Below, piece by piece: positions 47,201-59,200 of a DNA stretch of 64,000 nucleotides. Under the pieces are notes generated by a model, which made no database searches, had not been told where the DNA came from, and saw nothing but the letters and a program-made list of their open reading frames with translations. Source of the stretch: Aplysia californica. Its lineage: Eukaryota. The stretch covers positions 24,245 through 88,244 of the forward strand of contig NW_004797819.1 of assembly GCF_000002075.1 (NCBI RefSeq), written 5' to 3'. The position numbers and the translations under genes were made by a program. Numbering within the stretch: the first letter of the stretch is position 1; the number at the start of each line of letters is the position of its first letter.

Positions 47201-50200
47201 TTTGACGATGCTGATTTCAAAAATGTAATTAGTTTTTGTCTACCGTGAAGCACCAGCTCTGAAATGACCATTTAAAATTGTCCCCAGTCCAGTCGGGTGA
47301 CGTCACACAAATCGCTGAACCCGAGTTGGCGACGGCGAGACGGCATTGAGAGTTCGCGACCTCAGTGCTTTCTTGTCGTACCTCCATTTTTAATAACAGT
47401 GAAAACAGTTCATAACAAAATGTGAGTTAAAGAAGAAGTCTCATTTTCACTGTTAAAAAATGGAAATACGACAAGAAAGCACTGCGGTGGTGAGTTGACA
47501 GCGAGACGCCCTTCCCAGTTTTTCGGCGTAATAAGAATGTAGTTTGGATTCCGATAAAACCGACAACTCCGATCCGAGTTTAAAGCCGCCTGCAGTCGGC
47601 CAGCTCTATGTGGGGCAAGTTGGAAATCATAAGGGAATTTTTATACCTATCGGCGCTTACTGAGTCAGTCTCCGAAATCGGCGTTCTCTATGTTTTCGCC
47701 CTTAGATCTAGGTTTGGCCCTATCAACTCAAGCCTGTTAAGTACACAGGTCTCAATAGATCTAGATCTAGTAATTATTCAGGTTCAAGTACATGCAAGTC
47801 AGTAAGGCACCTTTTGGATTTGTCTGAAAAACAAATACTTTAGGCATTGCAAACAAAATATGTCATTTACAATTCAGCCATCAATATTAAGTACGGCTAG
47901 CCTCTTCCATCTAGGAAACTCATCAAAATGACCGAGCTCAGTCAGAGAAAATGAAAAATGAATTCAGTGATTCAACGATTGTTTAATGTAACATCAATGT
48001 AACTAAGACCTGTCAGATTCTGATAATTAAAAAAAAAAGATTGATTTATTGTAGGCTATCTGTGAAAAATGTGAGCAAATCATTAACGAAGTGACTATTC
48101 AGACTCTAGTCCAAATATGAAAAAATGTTATTCGGACTCTGATTCTTGTCCAGAATGACATCACTTCCGACTTCCTGTGACTCGTGATGGGTAGAGACCG
48201 GGATCACTTCGGGCAAAATGGCGTTTGGTGCTGGAGCCGAGTTTTTATCTTATGATGAATTTGAGGCCGGCCTGAAAAGTTATAGCGCTTCTAGTAAATG
48301 TTTATTTGTCAAGAGGTCATCAGAAGCAATTAAAGATGGCTCGTTAGCGTGTGTCGGGGTCGATGGGCGGCCTGCACACGTGTGGCTGTGTGTGCGTGTC
48401 GGGGAGGGAGGGGGGGGGGGGCACTATCGGTCAGGGCGTTGAACGTCGCACGCGTCAGTCTTTTTTTTCCCCGGGCAACTGATCATTATTACAATAATAA
48501 GCTAGTCTTGACGAAGATCTACTTAATGAATTGTGCGCTGGTCTATGGAATCAAAAGTTGCCGTATGCTCGGCTCTACACAGCAACACAACTTTTTCCTG
48601 GTAAACAATCAAGATGGCACAGGCTTGTGTACAGTGGAACTCGGATTCAATGAGCTTGGATTCAACGAGATGAGATAGATTCCCCATTTTTTTTCTTCTT
48701 TAAAATCAATAAAAATAACCATGATTCAACAAGCACTTTAATCAGCGAGCTCGGATTCAACGAGGTCATGGGCGTGGTTTCGCTCATTTATCTCCCCGAA
48801 CAAACTTTATCTATTCCCAGAAACCATCCATTGCACCAGCATCGTGAGCCATTATTCACTTAGCCGATTGCATGCGACCAATCAGCGGCCTTTTTTCATG
48901 CCAACACCTGCATTGTTGGCGCGCGCACGTGTCTACTCTGGCGTGTGTCGGGGTCGGATGGGCAGCCTGCATACGTGTGGCTGTGTGTGCGTGTCGGGGA
49001 AGGGGGGGGGGGGCACTAGGCCTAGCAGTCCGGGCGTGGAACGTCGCAGATTACAAATTCGTCAGTCTTTTTCCCCCCTCGGCAACTGATCATTATTACA
49101 ATGAAGCTAATCATGACGTGGATCTACGTAATGAATTGTGCTCTGGTCTATGGAATCAAAAGTTGCCGTATGCTAGGCTCTACACAGCAGCACAACGCTT
49201 TGGTAAACAATCAAGATGACACAGGCGTGTGCATCTGAACGAATCGGTCTTTTTTTTTTTGCACAGCTCATAATATTATTTAAAATGCAGGCATTTGAAG
49301 CAATGCTTGTGACTTCTCTTTATATATTACTGGCTCAGTGCCTTTAATTATCAACACAAAACCTCCTGTTTGCTATAACGAACACTCGGATTCAACGAGA
49401 TTTTAAGTCAGGCCCGGCGACCTCGTTGAATCCGAGTTCCACTGTATTTGAACGAATTGGTCTTTTTATTTTTACACAGCTCATAATATGCAGGTGCCAG
49501 GTGGTGGGCTAATCTTCAATTTTACCTTTTTCTACAACAAAGAAAGTGGGAAACCTGGGGGGCGGGGGGGGGGGGGCGTATCAATGAGGCAGCGGGCATT
49601 GGATCGGCAGATTATAAGGTGTGGGGGGAAACTAAAAAATGGCGGAAAATTGGAAGCACTGAACGTTAGATCTATAGAACGAAGACACTTCCTTTTTTCA
49701 GGACCTGAGTCCGAATAACATTTGTTCATATTCGGACTCGAGTCCGGATATGAAATTTTTTTATTCGGGCTCATGTGAGTCCGAATATGAAAAAATGTTA
49801 TTCAGACTCGAGTCCGAATAAAGACGGCCGATCATTAATCATGCATACCGTTGAGCCGAATCTTTCAATTTGCAGTGACTAACGTGAACGTAGTTTGCAG
49901 GCTATGATTACGGTATCCAGAATGTAGTTTGCAATTTAAGAATGATCTTGCGCACTTCACCCCTTTATCCTTTTATTTTTACCTTTTGCTTCTTTTTTTC
50001 CCCTCCTCCCGCCCGTCTTCCCGCCTTAGCCTTCTGTAGCAATACCACATGCCCCGTGCGGCAGTGCGTTAACGCAGTAGACTCACCCAAGCCAAGGGTA
50101 ACTCCGGGAACTCTCTTATTTATAGCTTTGTTCTTTGCATCAGCCCCATGTATCATACATGAATACACGCGGGGGAAATTGACTCTGAGTCATTCACTGA

Positions 50201-53200
50201 AGAAATATTATCGAAGAAAGAGGGTTGGTCAGTAGCGAGACCAAAACCCGCCGAATGGTTCTGTGATTTTCCGAATCTCCGTATTTGGAAGGTGCGGAAT
50301 CCATTTAAATATTAACCAAACGTCCCCAAACTCGGCAACCAATGAAAAGAAAGATAGATCTAGCCTCTGCCGATTTCCGTGTCTTAATCGACCTAAAAAC
50401 AAGAAAGTTACAAAGTGGCTTATTTGAAGAGATTGTTTTTAAATGTCGATGAATCCGCGGAATGCTCCAGCATCATCTCAGACAAGCTGAACTTAATAAA
50501 ACTAGAAACTATTTAGTGAAATTTAGCAATGCCAATGAAAATTTAATTTTTCTCTTTATCCTTTTCTTATTTGGTTCCCAAGAAAGAATTTTCAATTCTA
50601 AGAATTATGCTTTTTAAATTTTAAGAATCAGTTCATAAATAAAAAAGTTATGGGGTTGTAAAGGTCCGCAAAATATGGATGACCCATTTATATATATATA
50701 GGAAAATACTCCTAAAAGTGGACCACGCAGTAGCAGATTCTGTAAGAAAATTGACGATATCTCAGTAATTATTTGGAGTGTTAGAGAGAAACTTGACTAC
50801 CCAATGTGTTTTTGGGTGGAGAAATAATTTCTGCTGTCAGATTTACTAACCATTTCGTAGTTATTTTAATTTAAAGTTTGGTGTACATATTTTGATTTTG
50901 CGAAAGAGGGGTGTCAGGATGAGAGCATTTTATTTATAGCATCGTATCACAACATGGGATATTTAAGAATATGTTGGAAGCGTGATTAAATAATGACAAA
51001 GCTTTCTTTGATGACTTTGAACCATGCCAACCATAAAATATAATTTAATTCAATCTAGCATGCCTTTCAAATTAAAAATTGGCCTGTCTCCAAGCGAAGC
51101 CGCTTTGGACAGGGGGGGTAGTGGTACATTTATGATAAATTCTAAGCAACTACTGGACACAGAAGGGTCAAATTTGAGCTCACTATAGAGGAAAGATAGA
51201 CTCTTACCATCTTGGCATCGAATATCAAGCTCCTTATAGTTTTTGGTGTACCCGATATGAAAGTGTTTCCGACGCCAAAAGTACAGGTTAATTTATGTGT
51301 ACAAACTTCGACTTCCACAAATCATTAGTCTGCCATATTTTCTTATTGGTTGCCAAGTTTCATTCACATTGGTCCAGAAGTAGCGCAGAACGAGCTTGAG
51401 AAAGTTAGTCACTAACGTTCCAACTTGGTTAAAAAAATTCACTCGCAAACAGGTACCAAATTTTGGCTGCGTTCGTAAGCACTGCATTGCTATGAAGTAA
51501 TCCATAAAACAATCGCTTTTTGAAAAAAATAACGTCGACGTCGTTCCTGTTTTTCGCATGGCCTGAAAGCCAGAAAGGCTGCACACTTGAAACGCTTGCA
51601 GCGAGACGTGTAAGCTTGCCGCCATCTCGCTGTGACGTCTCGGCTGTGTTAAAGGGTAGCCGCTGATTGGACAGTTATTTTGATCAGCCTGAATGCCGCG
51701 GAATACACCGTACTCATAGACATGGGCGTAATGAAGGTTTTCTTTCTATTTGCCATCACAAATATTTGGGCTTAATTTCGGGTTAACGCGAATTTAGTGC
51801 TGATATGGACTTCAAGATAACGGCATAAATCATTAGATTCTTCCAGTATTTACAATGTGTTTGGCAGAAGCAGAATGAAGATTACCATTACTCAGGTATA
51901 TTTCCGTGGGTTTGTGCATAATATGTGTAGGACTACTTACTCATAATAATGATAAAAGCAGAAGAACAATGCATGTTATTATTACAGAATATATACACAA
52001 CAAATTGGAATAAATGCAATATTGTACAGTTCTGAGGCATATTTTCATGGTATGGAAGGGAACATATCTTCGCTACACTAAAATAACTATGTAATTGGTT
52101 AGTTATGCGCATAATCAATTTGAGTTATTTGCATAAAAGTTTGTAATGAATTATAAGTTTTTAAAACAGAAACTGAGCTTGATATTTTTTACTAACCTTT
52201 TAGTTTCCCCATTCTGAGCTGTTTGGTTACACTTTGGTTGATTAATTATGCGCATATATATTCAAATGAGTGCATAATCAGACATTTAAAACCTTATATT
52301 GTAAAATGTCACATTTTCTTATTCGTCTCTTTGCAAACACAGATTTGTATACTATACATACACATGTAACAGAATGGACTAACATGTCTATTATTAAGAC
52401 TTATATTGGCTTATTTTTTAAATTATGCATGTTTAATTATTTATTTGCATATAATTACCACGATATCAAGATTACAACTTTAATTTTTCCATTTTCTATT
52501 TTGTTGTCCCAAAGAACATAAACTCACAAATTTTCAGCTCATTCCATTCTTAGTGTGAAAGTATTCTGGTGCCGGTTGCCCTTCTTTATTCCTTCATAGG
52601 AATCTCCTCCAAAATACCCAAAATTTCTGACACGTGCACAGCCATAACTTTTTGAAATTTATGGACCGATTTTGAAAAAGTATAAAGAAGCATTTTACTT
52701 CTGGATTATTGATCTTTGTACCTGTGTTGTTTATAGGTTAGCAGTACCCATCTTTAAAAAAGCTATGGTATTGCTAAGCCTTCTTCCATTCTCCATTGTT
52801 TCTTCGAACGACCTTTATAAATTTCAAATTGTCGAGCGTTGCGAGGTCCACCAGGCCTTGTTGACCGCGGCTGTTTTTTGCTATGCCCGCCATCGCCCTT
52901 TGTAAACTCTGTTGCATTCAGTCCACTGCTGTATTATTTTTTTCGCGAGTACTCCTGTGCTGTTTTCTCATTCACTTTGGCTGACCGTGCGTTTCAATCA
53001 TGCCTCTGTGCCAATGGTGGGGGATTCACGGCGCTGTGAACGTAGTCACTACACTTTCAATTTGTCTCAACTTTACTTCTTTACGACTAAACTCTACTAT
53101 TAATCGATATCTAGATTCTATGCCTAATTAAGTTGTAACAGTTTCCACAAAAAATGTTAAACCTATTTTAATTGTTTCCATGTCGTGCATTGTCATTTTT

Positions 53201-56200
53201 CCAGTTGAGTTTGGAAACGCTTTATTCAGTTGGGTTTTAACGTAAAATTTGACCCACAGATAGGCTACTCAAATTTCTCTGGTTACAATTATTTTAGTAA
53301 TTCTTCTTTCAATTCTCTTACTGTCATTGTCTACCAAAAACTTAACCAGGTACTCCTCAGGCACTTTATTTTCAGTCTTCTATAATCTCTACCCCGAGTG
53401 ACTATTTTGTTTGTATGGAACAACAGTGGCATTTCAGGAAGAAGCACCATTGAACAAAACAAACAAGACACAACTTTATAAGATTGACTGCAATCACAAA
53501 AATAAAGCATTGAAAGATGTGATGGTGAATTTTTAGAAAATGACAGTAAGAGAAAAGAATTTAGAAAATGACAGTAAGAGAAAAGAATTTAGAAAACAAT
53601 TGTTGTTTTAATTGAGGAAATCTGGGAGTTTAATCTTTACCAGACTTTCCTTTACCTGAATCCCCCAAGTTTGAAAAACCTTTCCAAACTGGATGATTTC
53701 CTGAGTTGCTACACCAAAACTCTGTAAAAGTAAAGCTCAGTTTCCTAGACGGAAAACTTTTGATTTTTTAAATTTGCCATAAAAGAAATCCAAGCAATAA
53801 TGAACATGTTATTTTTTATTGCAGAAAAGGAGAAAGAAAAGATTCTTCCTTTTCTTATACCTCCCTCTGAATTTGAAAAACCAGTAATAGCCAGTCGTTC
53901 AGAACTCGACAAAGCTAAGAAAGAAATACAGGAACTGAGGGAACAAAATGACCAATTGAAGTAAGTTGTGTACGAGATCCCGATTCTACGGTATGTGTAG
54001 TGAGTTATGAAGATGTTATGCTTTTATGCTCTCTTTATGAATGAAAGAGCTTTAGTTTATAAATGATTTCATATCTGTTTTAAAAATTGAAACAGAAAGC
54101 TTTTTCTCTGGGTATTGCTACGTAGCAAATGTACGGGAACTTTTTTGTTTGCAGTACTTTTGATATCAATTCTTCTTATGAAATTTCTGACTCCCTTGAT
54201 CCTCTATTTAAAAGAACACAATGTAAGTATGTTCCTGTTGAAACCCAGAGGGTAGGTGATTGGCGGGTGCTGTGGTGTGGATTGCTGCTTCTTCTTTCCT
54301 ATGAAACATCTATCGTTCTTATCTCCCCTTTTTCTTTTTTAATGTTTGTTACTCTCTTGTAACACCTCTAATTTTCTGGCGCTCATATGACCTTATGCAG
54401 TTGCGAGCGCAGTAAAACCTGTACTAGAACTAAAAAACTGAAACTCAGAGGGTTTTATATTTTTTTCTCAAAGGCAATAAGTTGCCCATCAAAATTGTAG
54501 CATTAATTTTTTATGAGTTTCACAAGCACTGAGTACCTGGTTTGGAAAATATTAAGTGCATTACTGAATGACTGAAAAATTGTAGATAAATATTATTAAC
54601 TAGCTGTTTAGAACAAAAAAAGATGAATATGAACATGAGTTCTACTTTATTGATCTCTTTGGGGAATTTGTTCTACTATGGTGTACATAAACTCACAAAT
54701 ACATCATGATCAATATACGTAAATAATTTAGAAATGCACAAATAATGCACCAAAAACATAGGCAATGTACACATTGCTGGTTGCTACAGTGGAACACGGA
54801 TTCAACGAGCTCGGATTCAACGAGAACTCGGATTCAACGAGATGAGATAGATTCTCCGTTTTTTTTTCTTCTTTAAAATCAATAAAAATAACCCGGATTC
54901 AACGAGCACTTAAATCAGTGAGCTCATTTCCAGGGTGAACAGTCCCCGCAGACCTGGCTTCGCTCATTTTTCTTCCAGAACGAACTTTGTCTATTCCCGG
55001 AAACCATCCATTGCACCTGCATCGAGAACCATTATTAACTTTGCCGAATGCATGCGACCAATCAACAGCCTTTTTAAATACCAACACAGTTGTTGTTGGC
55101 ACGCACACATGTCTACTCTGGCGTGTGTCAGGGTCGGATGGGCAGCCTGCACACGTGTGGCTGTGTGTGTGTGTCGGGGAGGGGGGAGGGGCACTAGCGG
55201 TCCGGCATTGAACGTCGCAGATACAAACGCGTCACATTCTTTTTTTCCCCTCGGCAACTGATCATTATTACAGTAATAAGCTAGTCTTGACGTAGATCTA
55301 CCTAATGAATTGTCTGCTGGTCTATGGAATCAAAAGTTGCTGTATGCTAGGCTCTACAGAGCAACACAACGTTTTGGTAAACAATCGAAATGACACTGGC
55401 GTGTGTATTTGAATGAATCGATTTTTTTTTTTTACACAGCTCATAATATGCAGGCATTTCAGACACTACTTATGATTTCCCTTTATACATTACTTGCTCA
55501 GTGCCTGTAATTATCTACACAAAACCTCGTGTTTGCTATAACGAACACTCGGATTCTACGAGACTTTTGGTCAGACACGGCGACCTCGTTTGAATCCGAG
55601 TTCCACTGTATTGTGCAGTGCCCTGTTTTAAGCTAGGATTATCGTGTGTTGCTCAAGACACACCCCAAGTGACCACCCACCAAAATGCCATGTCACCCAC
55701 ACACACTTGAATTTATGAGCCTGAGCTCACTCGCCAGCTTCGAAGATATTAAAGAGCGGATGCTCACGTTTTATAAAACTTACCTCAATTCCGAAGTAGT
55801 TTAAGGATACACAGTGATCGAAACCTATATCTTTATTAATTCTTAAGGTCAAAATTATGAAAACCCGGCTCTATTATAATCTTGGGAATAATGAACAGTA
55901 CCTTTGTTTAAAATTTGTGGTCTGGAGAATCTCTGGTTTCTTCTATTAATGAAGCATAGGTCAACACCACCAAAAGTTTTGGTCTCTGCCTTTCTATTAA
56001 TTCCTCTAAAATGTATTGCATTAAGTCAGGTAGACGTTGGGGATTTCCTTCTGCTTTCACAGGTCTAGTTGTGAACTTATACTGGACTCAATTTTCAAAA
56101 GTGGAATAGGAAACCAGTTGCTCCATTCTGGAGTGTTTATAATGATACATAGCTATCAAAATATATGATTTTATAAATTCTTAAGTTCAAGATCATGAAA

Positions 56201-59200
56201 ATATGTCTGCATCATGCTCTTAGGAATATTGAATTCTACCTTTGTGTAAATTTTAAAGTCTGAAAAGTGTGTGGTTACTTTTAAACTTATATAAAAAAAA
56301 AAGTAATACAAAGATTGGACTAGAACTGTATAATATATAATACAAAGATTGGGCCTCTAGAACTAAATAATATAGATAGCTATACATTTTATGACTTATT
56401 TTTTTATTTGTAAGATATTTTCTGCATGTGAGTTACTTGTGTTAATTAACAATTTCCCTTTCTTTTTCAGGGTCCAATACGGCCTGGTACATCAACAGGT
56501 ATAAGATTTGACACTGTAAAAGAACTTCTTAATAAGGCATACTGCTAATAGGTCTGCTTTACGATTCTTTCTGCAAAGTTATATCATGATACAAACGTAC
56601 TTTTGCTAGGGAAAACGTTGACATCAATGTGGATACTTTACTTAATAGCTATATTTCACAAACTTAATATTGTGATGGTTTCAGTAATATATCTTCAAAA
56701 CATTCAGGTCTGCTTTTTATTTGTCATAATGTTTTGGGAGAAGATTATAAAAAAAAAAATTAAAATAGTGGTAACATTAAGTTCAGCTTTCTGGAACATG
56801 TAGCTACAGCATTAGTTGTATGACTTGGAATTATAATAATATAATGCACAGGAAAATGTTACATGTTTCTTCATCACAATAACAAAAACCATGATGAACA
56901 TCTTTTATAATCAATTGGTTAAGCTAATAGATAAAAGGGGAAACAAAGAAAGAGAATAAAAATTATTATGATACTGGAAGATCTAAACAATAACAGACGC
57001 GATTCAAAAATGGTTAGTTGGATATTTTTTTGATGAATCGAGATGTACTATTCTGTGTGAATGTGGATCTTATTTAGACTGACTTGATTTGAGATATGTG
57101 CAACTGGCTGATATTGACCAAACTCTGTATTTTTTTTTTTCTTCGTCAGGCTGCTGCCACATCTTTTGCATCATCTCACAATGAATATGCGGATGAGCTA
57201 ATCAAGAGGCAGGCTGGTGAAATAGCTGATTTACGCAGAGAGCTCTCTCGATGTAGAGAGATTTATGAGCAGGAAGCAGCCGAGTGGGACAGAAAGTTTG
57301 CTGCAGTAGAAGCAGAGCATTTGGATGAAGTGAAAAGAAGAGAAAAAGAGAACAGGTTGAGAGAGGATGAATTTGAGCAGAGGGTAAGCCCAAGTGTTGT
57401 GTGTCTTTTGAACTATCTAAGATAGAATGGACAATCTTTGAGATTAAGGTCAGGAGGAAGATTTTGTTGGCTTTTCCAAGGTGATTGATACTTGGGAGTA
57501 GTTGGTTGAACAATATGTAAGTTCAGTATAGAGAACTGAATTGTAATTGATGTTTTGTAAAGATAGATTTGTTATCAATGCTGTCAGGTTTCGAAGAGAA
57601 CTGAATTGTAATTGATGTTTTGTGAAGATAGATTTGTTATCAATGCTGTCAGGTTTCGAAGAGAACTGAATTGTAATTGATGTTTTGTAAAGATAGATTT
57701 GTTATCAATGCTGTCAGGTTTCGAAGAGAACTGAATTGTAATTGATGTTTTGTAAAGATAGATTTGTTATCAATGCTGTCAGGTTTCGAAGTGGGGGACT
57801 TTGATTCCAATTTTGGGTGTAATATATTTATTTGACCTACAGTTCTTTGTTGTCATATCCTCAAGTAGATCTACCTATAAGCCCAAACAATACACACAAT
57901 GGCTCATAGATCTGTACTTCTGGCTTTTCAAGAGTTTGCAGTTTTGGGGAAGGATGCTATCTTTGTTTATGTTGACTTTGAAGATACCAGGAGTTGTAAA
58001 AAAAATGTTAAAGATGATATTATTGCAACGCATTACTTCTGATTTATCAGTCCAGCTCTCAGATGTTTTATGCAGGTAGCGTAAACACGGCACGAAAGCC
58101 AACTCGCTGCCTTCTGAACTCGTGGTTTCAGTGAAATTGGGGTAATTCACATTGCTGTTTCTTTGCTCTTTTGCTATAAAGCACCATATGCTGTACACTT
58201 TGAAAAATTCCAGCAACAATGGTGTAAGTTGTTTGTATATCCGAGTATTTGGAGCTGGAGAATCGCTGTCGAAAGGGAAGCCCCTTGCGGTCGGCCTGTA
58301 AAAAAATTGAGACCCATGCATTCAAATGCTTTGTGGAAAGATTGATGATTAAATACCATCTTTTCATTGGCAGAGAACTAAAGAGTTTTGAAGTTTCCCG
58401 TTGTATATTTCTGGCCTTTGAAGTTTAAGAAGAAAACTTTTTAAAATAGCATCAAAATTTTCAAAGATAATTTTTATCTCGAAATATTAAACTGCGGGCT
58501 GAAAAGTGGTACCAGTAGAAAGTTCAGCTCATTTTCCATTAAAATAAAGTCATCGCCTTTGAATTATTATGCATCAATTCTTCTGCGAAACTCTGAAAGC
58601 ATGTGACCCCCCCCCCCCCCCCACACACACACACACACGGGGAGCACTCAGTATACTACAGTATAGAGCCGGCTCGGTCACAGTGGCGGCCGCCGTAACG
58701 CCGGCCGGGACAGTGCTTGGTGTTTTTGTCGAAAATTGATTTGCATTGATCTCACAGTCTTGAAAAAAAATCAGGCTCCATATCTATGTTATAGTGATTG
58801 TACTCTGTTAATATGGAGATTTTTGTTGCAAAATTCTCAGGAGACGTATGCCTTTCATATGAAACAGATACATTTGGCATACAGCTACTTTGAAAATTTA
58901 GTTTGTGGTACCTTGTTTATGAAAAAGCTTGTCAATTAGAAACTTAAATATCAGTTCTATAATTTATCCTGTAGATAACACGTGTCAGTGCTGAACTTCA
59001 GAGGACTATGGAAACAGCTGAGGAAGAAGAGTTGGCTCTGAAGGAGAGACTGGAGTCCACCCGGTCCGTGCTTGGGTCCCGAGTCAAGGAGCTAGAGGAA
59101 GAACTTGATGGTCTGAAGAGAGACAGCCACAGCTCTATCAGGAAGCTAGAGGCAGACATAAGGTGAGAAAGAATGAAAAGAGAATGTATAGGTAAACAAA

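Noticed and set aside
55780-56280. Diverged ~170-bp direct repeat pair
   Set aside because: Probably the interior of an old DNA transposon; no boundaries or function supportable.
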